Source: a virus
Taxonomy: Duplodnaviria > Caudoviricetes
Virus record (IMG/VR): IMGVR_UViG_3300023178_000048
Location: 1 to 63,320 of that record
DNA length: 63,320 nt
Direction: 5' to 3' (one strand)
Positions within the stretch are counted from its first letter, which is position 1. The number at the start of each line of letters is the position of its first letter. The translations under genes were made by a program, and so were the position numbers. The notes below the pieces were generated by a model. It was given only the letters and a program-made list of their open reading frames with translations. It was not told where the DNA came from and ran no database searches. Positions 45,001 through 54,312 of this stretch are shown in pieces.

Positions 45001-48000
45001 CGGCCCTTTCAATCGTACCCTGCAAAACCTTAACTATGTGGCGTTCGTTCACAAACTTAGTAGTCGCCTCCCTAGCACCGCGCATAGAGAAGAAATTCTT
45101 GATTCTGTTACCCACATAATTAGGGTTTATACCGGGAGAGCCTTTAACAGCATCATCAAAAGTAGTTTCTGGAGCCCTTGCGCCCGCAGGCACAGTGACG
45201 GGCAGCGTTTCAGCCCCCGTATCCAAGGTGAATTCTGGTAATGCCTCTGGCGAAGACAAGACATACTGGAAGGCAGCAGCCACTTCCAAGAAGGCGTTAC
45301 CCCTGTAGCCGGGTGTCTCCACAAGGATAGGCACGGTGTTGGTATAACCCGTTGCGAGTTCCTGCTCAGTCTGTTGACGGTACTGCTTAGCGCCGCGTTC
45401 CCGAAGTCCGGCTATTTGTTCTTCTACGGAAGGCTGCTCTATAAGAGTTGGCTCTGCAGCTTGTGCCTCTAGTTCAGCTTCTCGGATAGAAACAAACGTA
45501 TCCCAGTCGCCTTGAGATATAAGGTCTTGAACGTCGTTTTCTGTTAGCTCTTTCTTTGAGCCCCTACCTTCAAACACTAACTCGCCGGGCTTGAGTGGTT
45601 TTGAGTCTTTGCTAGGTAGAAAATATTTCTCAATAAGCTTACCGGGCGTGAATATTTTGTAAATCCACGCTAAGGCACCGGTAAATACATCCCATAGGTT
45701 TTCTACAATAGCGTCATATCCGCGTAAGTCTGCTTCTCTAGTCGCCGCGTTTTGAGCGCTAGGCGCGTCTTTAGCCGTATAAAAGATTTTCTGTTCGTCT
45801 TTTATTTGTATCTCGGACAGCCGTCGTTGAAAGTCAGGGTCAGTCAAGGCATAGGAAACAAACTCGTACGTATTGTCAAACGCCCGAGGAAACTCTCTAC
45901 CCAGTTGTTGTTCGGCTAGTTTTTGTACGTTGATAATTTGGCCTACAGCGGCTCTAACCTCTGGGTTAAGTAGTGTGGGGTTTTTAAAATACTGCTGAAG
46001 AATCTTAACTGTGTATGCATGTACTAATTCATGCAAGAGCGCCGTTTCAGACAGCCCTCTGTCGTTAAAGTAGATAGTATTTGTACGCGGCTCATATGTA
46101 GCTGGGCGCGTTGGCGACGTCTTAGAATATTTAGACTCGTAAACAAAATTAACGGCGGATGTCTGGTCAGACATCGACAATAGGGTACCAGCTAAGGTTC
46201 TGTAAACAGCCGCGCTTATTTCTTGCCGCTGGGCGCCAAAAAGTTTTACGGTCGCAGGCATGCTTCTCATCTGCGCCTTGCTCATACGGGCGCCAGCTGC
46301 GTTACTCTTTAAGTAATTTAGTAATGCCTTTAACTTTTCTCGGCCAGACTTATTACGGTCTTTTAATAAGTCAACTATGCCCTTGCCTTTTGTGTCGTCC
46401 CGCGTCTTCTGTAACGCGGTTCCGTAAGATACGTCCCTCCCACCGGCAACAGCTTCTTGCCGCCGTTGTTCCGAGATAGCCGCGCTGGTACGACGCCGTT
46501 CTTCTATATTTTGACCCTCAATCGGGGCCATTTTTCTAAGTGCCAACTCTTGTTCTACGGGGGAGCCGTACTGAACTGTATCTAACCAAATCTGCCTAGA
46601 TTCGTCAGAAAGCTGGCTCCACGGGGGCATGAACGCTGGCCGGTTGGTCTCATAAGCAAGCGGCTTACCATACTTTTTGTGCAGTTCGGCGTCTGTAGGC
46701 GCTTCTCTACCCTGCGCTTTTGCAGCGCGCCTTTCATCTCTAGCGAACGACAGAAAATTTGTTCTGTAGTCGTTTAAGCGCTCAGCCGCACGTTGATGTT
46801 CTTCCGGGGTATTTAGAGATATATTTTCACCAAAGTAGACAAGCTTTTCCGCTGGGTCTAGCTTACGAAACTCTGGAAATTTGTAGTCTTTTAGTAGAGG
46901 GTCTTCCTCGGCATCTATAAGAGCGTTGAATTCGTCTTTAGTTTTTTCATACTGTTCGCGTTGTTCTTCACTAAGTTTATATCTTCTAGCTTTTACACGC
47001 TTAGCTTCGGCTTCCAACTCCTCGTCAGAATACTCAGACAGCGGTAAATTCATTGCCCCGGCTTTAGCCCTTTGTATATCAGCAGTCGCCCCATCTATAT
47101 CAAGAGAACCATCTTCTGCTACATAAGCTTCTGGACTTAAACCTACTTTTTGTAGGGCGCCGAAAAACATTTCGCGCTGATCCTCTGTGATAGCCAGCGT
47201 CGAGTCGTCTTTAGGCTGTACTTTTAGGCTGTTTAATAAATCTAGGGTCTCATCTATTGTCGATGGCGCAGCGCTAAGAGTGGGCTTAGCACGTTCTGGA
47301 GTTGTAGTTTCAGCTACTGGAGTAGGCGGTTCAGTCTTAAATGCATCGGGTACATCATCTAATTCAGCTACTGTAGCGGGTGCTCCAGCTTCTCTTCCAT
47401 CAGGTGTTGCAACAGCTTCTCCAGTAACGCCCACTCCACCAACGTCAGCTTCTGCAACTCCGGCTCCGGCGGGTACTCCATCACCGGGTTCGACAGGTAC
47501 TGCAGCGCCTTCTCCAGTAGGTGTGGCTCCAACTCCCTCAGCGGGAGGGGTAACGGCGGCAGTTGCATCTTGCTCTCCAGTTATCGGCGTAGTAGGTGCG
47601 GCATCAATAGATTGGACAGAGTCTTCTGGGCTATATAGATTTTCATACTTGTTAGGCTTAACGATAATCTCTTTATCGTCTTGCTCCGTTGTATCCGCTG
47701 GTGGGGCTTCTTGTTCGGTCGTGTCGGTTACGTCTTCGCCAGTATCAAAGAACGACCTATCCTCTACTTCGTCTACTTGTCTACCATCTGTACGGCGCCC
47801 AGTGATAACATCGGCTGCGCCGGTAATAGCACCACCGCCTAGACCACCCTTCAGACCGGCGTCAATAAACCGGACAAAGTTTTCTGGGCTAAAGAACTTC
47901 TGATTCTCATCTACAAATGCCTCTGCCGCAGCCGAAGACATCTCTTGTACAGCTTCCGTGGCGCCTTCAGTGAAGAACCCTTTAGCCCCGCCTTTAGCGG

Positions 48001-48862
48001 CACGTTTGTACCACGCCCCGGTAACTTCCTTAGGGGAAAGCCCAGTTTTCTGTAGCTTACTTAGCAACGTGACAGGAAGAATAGAATCCAACACGGCGTT
48101 AAAGCCCCCTGCCACAACGGCAGCGCCAAGCTCTTCTTTGCCTGTAGTTTCTAATATGTTCTGATATACCTCAGGTATATTCAATGCAGCGGAGCCAGCA
48201 AAAGCGCCAGCCGTCTGATTCATAAGTGCTTTACGTTGGGCAGCTTTAACGCCCGCGTCTAAAGCCTTGTCTTGTATCTCTTTTATAGCCGCAGCGTTCA
48301 GGCCCTCTAGACCTTTTTCGCCTATAGCTTTCTTACCTAATTCATTTCTTACGGCAGTGGCCGCAGCTTGTTTAGCAGCTTCTACTCCGCCCCGTCCAAG
48401 GAAAGCCGCAGCGCCGCCAGTAAAAATAGCGGGTAACATCGTGGGGACTGCCTCTCCCACGGCTTCGACAATATAAGTTAGAACGTCGCCAGCGCCCTCA
48501 ATATTTGTAAACGAACCTACGGCAGGTCGGTATTTCTGCTCAATCTCTTTCTGAGTCTGCGCCGCCTCTTCCATCTGGCGCTTGTAGTAGTCTTCCGCAC
48601 CGACAGCCTTACCCACCATACCCGGCAACACATCGCCAAGCAACATACCGGTTTGCTTAAAACCACGGGCAATCGACGGCCCAATAGCGCTGAGACCAGT
48701 TGCTCCGGGTTCAGGGATAGGCTCTGGCGCAGGCGCAACTTCCTCAGAAGTTGAATCCATCCTAGCAAGAATGGCATCTATAACTTCGTCTCGCGTAGCG
48801 CCTTCCGGCCCCTCTATCTGGTAAGTCTTACCGTCCGGGCCCTTTATCTGATATAACGGCAT
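42002..48862 (-). CDS. Giant internal virion/ejection protein (polyvalent-protein-like, HExxH domain, LPD38-like C-terminus)
   Basis: 2286 aa, last late gene; G/A-rich hydrophobic N-region; LLHELVHA; FQLPWGFGLG-type C-terminal region. Confidence 0.75.
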   Translation of the reverse strand: MPLYQIKGPDGKTYQIEGPEGATRDEVIDAILARMDSTSEEVAPAPEPIPEPGATGLSAIGPSIARGFKQTGMLLGDVLPGMVGKAVGAEDYYKRQMEEAAQTQKEIEQKYRPAVGSFTNIEGAGDVLTYIVEAVGEAVPTMLPAIFTGGAAAFLGRGGVEAAKQAAATAVRNELGKKAIGEKGLEGLNAAAIKEIQDKALDAGVKAAQRKALMNQTAGAFAGSAALNIPEVYQNILETTGKEELGAAVVAGGFNAVLDSILPVTLLSKLQKTGLSPKEVTGAWYKRAAKGGAKGFFTEGATEAVQEMSSAAAEAFVDENQKFFSPENFVRFIDAGLKGGLGGGAITGAADVITGRRTDGRQVDEVEDRSFFDTGEDVTDTTEQEAPPADTTEQDDKEIIVKPNKYENLYSPEDSVQSIDAAPTTPITGEQDATAAVTPPAEGVGATPTGEGAAVPVEPGDGVPAGAGVAEADVGGVGVTGEAVATPDGREAGAPATVAELDDVPDAFKTEPPTPVAETTTPERAKPTLSAAPSTIDETLDLLNSLKVQPKDDSTLAITEDQREMFFGALQKVGLSPEAYVAEDGSLDIDGATADIQRAKAGAMNLPLSEYSDEELEAEAKRVKARRYKLSEEQREQYEKTKDEFNALIDAEEDPLLKDYKFPEFRKLDPAEKLVYFGENISLNTPEEHQRAAERLNDYRTNFLSFARDERRAAKAQGREAPTDAELHKKYGKPLAYETNRPAFMPPWSQLSDESRQIWLDTVQYGSPVEQELALRKMAPIEGQNIEERRRTSAAISEQRRQEAVAGGRDVSYGTALQKTRDDTKGKGIVDLLKDRNKSGREKLKALLNYLKSNAAGARMSKAQMRSMPATVKLFGAQRQEISAAVYRTLAGTLLSMSDQTSAVNFVYESKYSKTSPTRPATYEPRTNTIYFNDRGLSETALLHELVHAYTVKILQQYFKNPTLLNPEVRAAVGQIINVQKLAEQQLGREFPRAFDNTYEFVSYALTDPDFQRRLSEIQIKDEQKIFYTAKDAPSAQNAATREADLRGYDAIVENLWDVFTGALAWIYKIFTPGKLIEKYFLPSKDSKPLKPGELVFEGRGSKKELTENDVQDLISQGDWDTFVSIREAELEAQAAEPTLIEQPSVEEQIAGLRERGAKQYRQQTEQELATGYTNTVPILVETPGYRGNAFLEVAAAFQYVLSSPEALPEFTLDTGAETLPVTVPAGARAPETTFDDAVKGSPGINPNYVGNRIKNFFSMRGAREATTKFVNERHIVKVLQGTIERAGKAIYAGAKKNAIYDQITLSMSRGRFLYETRLEGTVEQLHKNMKALADKLDITVDEAFKTMDMIMKTLHERERRHVKYLFYVPLTQQGFNDRAKIINDLRNGKINPANAAKAMQDLESIVAKNKDAAGFTWGDDPTASILATDSAARYNSTDENDSAYNVLAKFDADEWQKFYKTAKKYEQMPEVDAVIKNLKTLNRETLGLDRMSNYYSNQVEAVVNFYGFNYYVPLKGIVDNEQNRQFDVRRSAAREVLDAQNSFEGRVSDSNNALVQTMIDATKAAARAGRSLEVAPEPGQDVPVSERGNGLSLAIKNAVNQKLIKGDAKQKITFAERYKGGTKLSDLKGKSNVVLHYEANGDITIIRIEDQELLNGIRKVYQTTNPIVNVLNTATSFFGQMHTRYNIAFGPANFLIDGITNALNIAAQGGLGLAPRYMKQLIGNAVLHGGLYKAGKFSALYAAGKFDTINSLAKKDAFYADMLEYVRLGGRTAYVRGLTAEGVNELARDAQDRNPIVLTKKNIDKVVDVWTDAFELASRTAGYRVYKAQFRAQDPSLSEEALRSRAAAATKNLANFEQVGRYGQAVGAAFMFFRPAATGAQRAFESIYPALIGFDRYVETLPLSAQRNLIKYDKNGNKVKLPGYEKAKEKHEENARNARAVLAATFGLGAAVYAMAAVIGDDDDLGRDKVLTDDMARWTRYARFHFSVGDRDFVFQLPWGFGLGAVASAGAQIAGYGHAKALRPEGDRSFLDMMGHLIEVGMDSFLPLPVSRINPFERPVQWMIDTITPSIGRPLVEYGMNTDALGRQIYNKYSSRVSEAFTGGDNIPELYKNAAKFAFDNLGWEVSPNVLYFFANNYADGLARLMHNGLNIVETAAGSKEFNPRTDTLLFDRFFGAVSNVDSREFRNVDVQIREIADKLRVLKNYPDRYDKYLSENPFHEYLVQSYNKEVNGYLRDVREEMNKIRRMEGITPKTRDRELRMLKLTESIIKRDLIEKFKAYGITQ

Positions 48863-48870
48863 TTTTACCC

Positions 48871-51561
48871 CTACTGCGGAACAGTTACTAGCTCACCGAA
48901 ACCTTCTCTTTTATACACTGATCTTATCTTAGCTTCCCGTTCCTTGAGCTGGGCTTTTAATTTGTCTATCGTTTTCTGCGCGTCAGCTTTCTTATCTTTG
49001 TCTTCTATTACACCAAGCCTACTCGTTCGCTGGGCTATTTGTTCTTCTAGCGATTGAATGGTTTTATCCGTTGTCAGGGCTTTACTCAAAGCTGTACGTC
49101 TGGCTTCTTCCCTGCTAAGTCTCGCTTCGTTCGCACTCTGTTCGGCTCCTATTTTAGCCACATCACGTTGTGTCTGACCCTGCATAACTTGGCGTTCAGT
49201 CTGCATTCGTTGCTCGTATATGCCCATTGCGCGGTCAGCGTCCGCCTGAGCTTGTTTAACAGCCAAATCTCTATTCATACCAAGCTTATTGACATAGTAG
49301 TCAGACATAGTCTTAGCGTAACCAGCGCCCGCTTTCTTGAGATCAGTCTGAGCGGATAGCAACAGGCGTTTATTCTCACGGCCTTCTAGTCTACGATACT
49401 TATTAATATCGTTTTGGGCTTTTTCAATATCCATACGCCGGTCGTAAATTTTGTCGGCGCCCTTCTTGTACTCGGTTAAACCGGCGGTCATACCCGCCGC
49501 AATGTTTGCAAAGGCATTGGGGTCTTTACCGCCCATAGTTGTTAAGCCCGCCATCATGATGGCAAAACCAAAGTTCTGCTTCTCGTCTTTGTCGAGTTTA
49601 GCGCTACGCTCGCTCAGGCGCTTCATTTCTTCTTCGCCGTACACGCCTTCGTCTTTTATCTGCTGTTGAAGAGCAGATAGGTTATCCCTAGCTATCTCAA
49701 TCGGCATAGCGGCTGCGTCCATAACACTCTTATCCGCCGCTTTCATTTGATCCTCAAGCGGTTTTAGGACGGCAGCATAATTAGTTTCTGGCGGGAGAAT
49801 ACTCGCCGGGGACAAAGCTGGGCCAGCCGGTTTGGCGGGTTCAGCGGGTTCAGTCGGTTTAGCAACGCTCGGCGCCACGCCCTCTGCTTGTTCAGCGCCC
49901 GCTTTCATCCGCTCATAATCTTCTTGGGATACAGGTTTGTACGGAACCGCTGGTTGAGCTGGTGTGGCTGCAGCAGCTTCTGGTAGTGCTGCGATTCCTG
50001 CAGGGGGTGAAGACTCAGAAGCTAGTCCAAATGCTCCACCAAGTCGGGTATTACTCAGGACAGGTTTTGGTAAATTTTCTATCGCCCCCTGAGCCATACG
50101 AGGAAGAAACGCGGCAACGTCATAACCAATTTCGCTAAGTTTTTTGAATACTGCTTCCACTGCGGCGCGATCGCCAGTACGTTGAGCTTCAGCTATTGCA
50201 GCCCTAGCCTGTTCGTCTAGCTCTCTTTTAGCCATAACCTGACCGCCGGTAGGCGCATCAGCGCCCGGGATAACTCTAGGCGCAGGAACTTCGCCAGCGG
50301 CTCGGAACCCAATAATACCACCTTCGGCGGCAGAAACTACGGCGTCATCTGCTAAAGCAAGGGCTGGCAAGCCTCTCTCCATAGCATCTTCTTGAACCAC
50401 AGTCATCTGCGGTTGGGGTTGTTGGTTAGCAGCGGCAGCGAGACCTCGCAAGTTAGCCCTATCAGCCTTCTCCTGCTGCAGAATCATGTTAGCGTAGCTA
50501 ACTACATTTGGCTTTATGCTCTTATCTATTTGAGCGTCACTAAGTTTGTCTGCTACGGTATCTAACTCTACCGGGTTTAGGCTTCCTATACCTCCACCCT
50601 CTACAAAACTAGCAATACCGCCATCGGCGTAACCCGGAACCGAGCCACCTTCAGCAGCACCAAAAGTTTTATAAGCGCCATAGGCTGCAGTACCAGCACC
50701 CAACAACTGAGACAGCGGACTAGCACCGGGCTGCTGATAAATAGTTTGTGCAGTTTGACCAACTGGCACACCACGGATCATGTCGGCCATGAAGCCAAGC
50801 TGCTGATACGGGTACTGCTGTTGACGTAAGAAATCTTGGTAACCAATGTCGTAACCAGCTTGACGCAGCGCCTGTTGCTCTTTACCAACATCACGTTGCA
50901 GATTAATAATCCCTTGCTCTTGAGCAAATTGAGTCTGACCCAGCTGGCCAAGAGTGCTAGCCATTTGACCGGCTTGCCCCAAACCACGGAGACCCAACTC
51001 AGCACCGAACTGCTGTGCTTGACGAGCTTGCTCAAACGCAGCCTGAGAGCCTTTAGCTTGGATGTCGCCCATCTGCTGGGCCAAATTACGGTTGGCTTCA
51101 ATATCAGCAAACTGTGCACGAGTGCCACCAAACGCACCAGACTTAACGGCTTGCGACCCACGCTGGGTAGCGGCAATATCAGCTTGGCGCTGCGCTTCAC
51201 GCTTCTGGATGTCCACCACGTTCTGCATATATGGCGACATATACGCCTGCATAGAGCCGGGGTCGGTAGCCATCTGCCCGTATTGTTGGCCAGCCATTAA
51301 CGAACCAAGCCCAGCCGTACCAGCCATACCTGTAGCAGCACCGATTTGAGGAGCGACTTGCATAGCCCCAGCAGCCTGTTGGGCCTGCTCTTGCATAGGG
51401 GTAAACCCTGCTATGCGCTCGCCACCATAAGTTTGGTACGGTTGAGAGGTGAGCTCTTGCGTCTTAGCCAAAGTTTCTTTGGCATACGGTTTCGCCCAAT
51501 CCGGCAGTTCGGTAATTTGTGTTGCTGTTTGCTCTTGAGTGCCGCCACCACCACTAGCCAT
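48871..51561 (-). CDS. Internal virion/DNA ejection protein
   Basis: Q/A/G-rich; YMSPY...V, GAFGG.R, YQDFL.Q..YP motifs; coiled coils. Confidence 0.7.
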   Translation of the reverse strand: MASGGGGTQEQTATQITELPDWAKPYAKETLAKTQELTSQPYQTYGGERIAGFTPMQEQAQQAAGAMQVAPQIGAATGMAGTAGLGSLMAGQQYGQMATDPGSMQAYMSPYMQNVVDIQKREAQRQADIAATQRGSQAVKSGAFGGTRAQFADIEANRNLAQQMGDIQAKGSQAAFEQARQAQQFGAELGLRGLGQAGQMASTLGQLGQTQFAQEQGIINLQRDVGKEQQALRQAGYDIGYQDFLRQQQYPYQQLGFMADMIRGVPVGQTAQTIYQQPGASPLSQLLGAGTAAYGAYKTFGAAEGGSVPGYADGGIASFVEGGGIGSLNPVELDTVADKLSDAQIDKSIKPNVVSYANMILQQEKADRANLRGLAAAANQQPQPQMTVVQEDAMERGLPALALADDAVVSAAEGGIIGFRAAGEVPAPRVIPGADAPTGGQVMAKRELDEQARAAIAEAQRTGDRAAVEAVFKKLSEIGYDVAAFLPRMAQGAIENLPKPVLSNTRLGGAFGLASESSPPAGIAALPEAAAATPAQPAVPYKPVSQEDYERMKAGAEQAEGVAPSVAKPTEPAEPAKPAGPALSPASILPPETNYAAVLKPLEDQMKAADKSVMDAAAMPIEIARDNLSALQQQIKDEGVYGEEEMKRLSERSAKLDKDEKQNFGFAIMMAGLTTMGGKDPNAFANIAAGMTAGLTEYKKGADKIYDRRMDIEKAQNDINKYRRLEGRENKRLLLSAQTDLKKAGAGYAKTMSDYYVNKLGMNRDLAVKQAQADADRAMGIYEQRMQTERQVMQGQTQRDVAKIGAEQSANEARLSREEARRTALSKALTTDKTIQSLEEQIAQRTSRLGVIEDKDKKADAQKTIDKLKAQLKEREAKIRSVYKREGFGELVTVPQ

Positions 51562-51563
51562 AA

Positions 51564-51986
51564 CTATTCCCCTAAGAATTTCTGGTACATAACTTCTTGT
51601 ACCTCAAAACCATGTTTCTTAGCAGTCATCCGCCAACCGGGGCGTCCGACGAATTCGATACCAGAACAGCCTGCATCCTTGGCAAAGCGCTCTAGCATCT
51701 CAAACATTTTGTCCTCCACATATTGCATGTGGTTTGGCTCCCCAGCGCAGTACTGAACTGTCAGCATTTTGCACTGCGGATATTGTTTCACTTCGGTTAT
51801 AACGTGCCCGTATATTGTATTGCCTTCGTGTGCAACAAACAAATACATTTGGCCATTTAGTATGAACCGAAGTATGTCGTCTACCCTTGCCCTGCCGCGA
51901 GTCCACTCTTCTGACTTCTGTAGATACGGCAAGAGGGCAGGGAGCACGTAGCTGACCTGCCCCGGGTAAACGAGAGACATCTCCAT
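51564..51986 (-). CDS. GNAT-fold protein in the ejection module
   Basis: YPQCK.L, FAK..GC..IE..GR.GW. Confidence 0.6.
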   Translation of the reverse strand: MEMSLVYPGQVSYVLPALLPYLQKSEEWTRGRARVDDILRFILNGQMYLFVAHEGNTIYGHVITEVKQYPQCKMLTVQYCAGEPNHMQYVEDKMFEMLERFAKDAGCSGIEFVGRPGWRMTAKKHGFEVQEVMYQKFLGE

Positions 51987-53641
51987 TAGGCACGCGCTAC
52001 CTTATCGGGATTGATTTGGCTCTGCTGACCGGATTTACCATGAGCAGCTTTGCGGACTCGGGCCATCAAGTTGTACAACTTCTTAGCGCCCTTCTCAACG
52101 TCCCCGCCACCCAGTCGGCGAACAGCCTCGGTTGGGACATAAGCCTCATCCTTAGCCACTCGTGCGGCCTGCTTACCCTCGATAGAGGTGGGGATAGAAT
52201 CGCTCATGCCGTCGCCCGGGCCGTCAATCTTCTCAGCACGTGGGGCACCAACTTTGGAAAGCATCTTGTTAAGAGCCATCAATCCGGCATCATTGCTGCC
52301 ATTGCCCAGCGCCGCGAGAACGTCGGCGGGAACAATAAACGAATCTTTCTTTAGACCGCTCTCTCTGTAGCTAAGGGCGCCGCCCTCTGATAGAGACATC
52401 AGACCACCACCGGCGACATTACGAGTCTTACGCTCGCCGTAGCTAAACCCGGGGTAGTAATTAACTTCTCTGGTGGAATAAGGCAACCCAGCTTCGCCTG
52501 CACCAAAACTCGCGCGTTGAGCAGCAATCTGCTCAGGGGTAGCCCTACCTAGAGTAAAGTCAGGATAGTAGTACTGCTCGGTATCTTTCTTGACTTCTTC
52601 CTCTTTATCGTCTTTCTTCAAAGCCGCAGAGACCATCGGGGCAGCAGCCATGCCGATGTCCATAGCGTTATCTTTTAAGAACCCGCCAATACCACCCGGA
52701 GTTTTACCAGCCAGCACATTTTGAATGCCCGTACCCATCTCACCTACACTTGCTCCGGCTTGGCCAATAGCTGCCTGCATCGGGGATTGAGTAGCAAAAC
52801 CACTTGAGTCACCCTGCGCCAAAGCTTGTTCTAAAGTGGGTACAGTAGGCTTAATTAGTTCTGGTGCGTATGTTACTGGGGGGGCCGTTCTAGGAAGGTC
52901 AGGTAAACTGGCGAGTTGTTGTTGAGCTGCGATCCGTTGTTGTGTACTAAAAGCGGGATTGAGGCTACGTTGGCTTACACGAGCCATTTCGGCAAGGGCG
53001 CCTTCTGGGTCTCTCATACGTTGAACAGGATCAAGAACGGATCCAAAACCGCCCACGTCCGCACTGGTGGAAAACCCACCCATTTGATTCAGCATAGAAG
53101 CGTCCGGCATAGCTGGAATTGCGGCTTTAGGCATTACAGCGGGAGCACCTTGCAACCCCGGTATCGGGGGCCTACCAGCCGCCGTAATAGCCGCATTAGC
53201 CTGAGGAGCAGCGGATGCTGCGGGACTAACACTTGGTGCTGCAGTTGCTGCACCTGCCCCCATCAAAGACTGACCCAGCCCGTAGCCACCGAAAGCGCCA
53301 AGACCGGCCATCAAGCCTTGCTCCATATCACCCGTAACAAGCCCAGTCAAACCGCCAATGGTCAGAGAACTCATAAGAGGGCTACCGAAAAGCGTGCCCA
53401 TAATCCCACCCATACCGGCTAAGCTCGGAGCCATAGCCCCTGCAATGGTGGGCAACAAAGATGCCAAGAAGAACGCCTCAGGCTGTCCAGTCTCGGGGTT
53501 AATTGTCAACGTACCACCGTTTGCTTCGGCCATGCGTTGGAGTGCAGCGACCTCGCCCGGGGTCATGTGAACGAGCATGGAGTCGCCGTTTCGGCCCTGT
53601 GACCGGACGGCCTCGGCGATGGGGTGTAGGCTCATGTTCAT
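51986..53641 (-). CDS. Internal virion/pilot protein
   Basis: GRNGDSMLVHM.P.EV, LTINPETG.PEAF, hydrophobic Gly-rich segment, GPGDGMSDSIP. Confidence 0.7.
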   Translation of the reverse strand: MNMSLHPIAEAVRSQGRNGDSMLVHMTPGEVAALQRMAEANGGTLTINPETGQPEAFFLASLLPTIAGAMAPSLAGMGGIMGTLFGSPLMSSLTIGGLTGLVTGDMEQGLMAGLGAFGGYGLGQSLMGAGAATAAPSVSPAASAAPQANAAITAAGRPPIPGLQGAPAVMPKAAIPAMPDASMLNQMGGFSTSADVGGFGSVLDPVQRMRDPEGALAEMARVSQRSLNPAFSTQQRIAAQQQLASLPDLPRTAPPVTYAPELIKPTVPTLEQALAQGDSSGFATQSPMQAAIGQAGASVGEMGTGIQNVLAGKTPGGIGGFLKDNAMDIGMAAAPMVSAALKKDDKEEEVKKDTEQYYYPDFTLGRATPEQIAAQRASFGAGEAGLPYSTREVNYYPGFSYGERKTRNVAGGGLMSLSEGGALSYRESGLKKDSFIVPADVLAALGNGSNDAGLMALNKMLSKVGAPRAEKIDGPGDGMSDSIPTSIEGKQAARVAKDEAYVPTEAVRRLGGGDVEKGAKKLYNLMARVRKAAHGKSGQQSQINPDKVARA

Positions 53642-53650
53642 AGTGCTTTT

Positions 53651-53679
53651 ATTTTAATGTGTCAAGGGGGTGTAGGCAA
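53651..53679 (-). promoter_or_regulatory. Candidate promoter for the ejection-protein operon
   Basis: TTGCCT-17 nt-TAAAAT, 9 nt before the ATG at 53641 (near-leaderless). Confidence 0.45.
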
Positions 53680-54312
53680 TGGGTCTGGCACTGGAGCGAT
53701 AAAGTTCACAGCCAGTACGGATGACGAAATGCCCGGGTGGGGGGTTGAGGCGGCTTCTGCCGTCAGGGTGACGTCGAGGTCAGAAGCACCCCAGTAAATT
53801 TCGAGGTACTGCCCAGCCGTCATGTCGATGTTGAAGTTCCAGCTCACCGAACGGTAGTGGTTGTTGGTTTCTAAGGTGTAAGCCCTAGTAGAGTAGCCAA
53901 TCGGCGTACCATTTCTTACCAACCAAATCCAAACTGTTTTAGCGCTAGCGTTTGTGCTTAAAAGCTGCCCGCTATATTGGAAGTTATAAATACCGCTAAT
54001 CCCGATCTCTATGCGGGACGGGTTCGTGGCGTTTCTATCTACAGCATTGTTCAGGTAGGTATTGTTATAAACTATTGGGTAGCCTGTATTAATAATCGCG
54101 AGCGTTTGGGATGCTGTATTAAAAAACAGCCCATTGGGGCAGTCCACGTACTGACCGCCGTTAACCCCGGTAACAGAAGATACTAAATTATTTAGGCGGT
54201 TAAAGTACAGACGCAGCACGTTACTGTACTGATCCATCTCTTGCTGGCTATACGCATCCCCAGCTGAAGGTAGTCGAGGCGGTGCAACACCATCTAACAG
54301 CACTCTAGCCAT
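53662..54312 (-). CDS. Tail-associated structural protein (C1q/BclA-like beta C-terminus)
   Basis: LRLYFN N-terminal helix; GIYNFQYS.QL, YLEIYW. Confidence 0.6.
   Translation of the reverse strand: MARVLLDGVAPPRLPSAGDAYSQQEMDQYSNVLRLYFNRLNNLVSSVTGVNGGQYVDCPNGLFFNTASQTLAIINTGYPIVYNNTYLNNAVDRNATNPSRIEIGISGIYNFQYSGQLLSTNASAKTVWIWLVRNGTPIGYSTRAYTLETNNHYRSVSWNFNIDMTAGQYLEIYWGASDLDVTLTAEAASTPHPGISSSVLAVNFIAPVPDPLPTPP

Noticed and set aside
47187-47903. Long antisense ORFs (also 13246..13890, 9993..10457, 4820..5329, 57200..57706, 52916..53422)
   Set aside because: Shadows of well-supported genes on the opposite strand; no RBS or motifs
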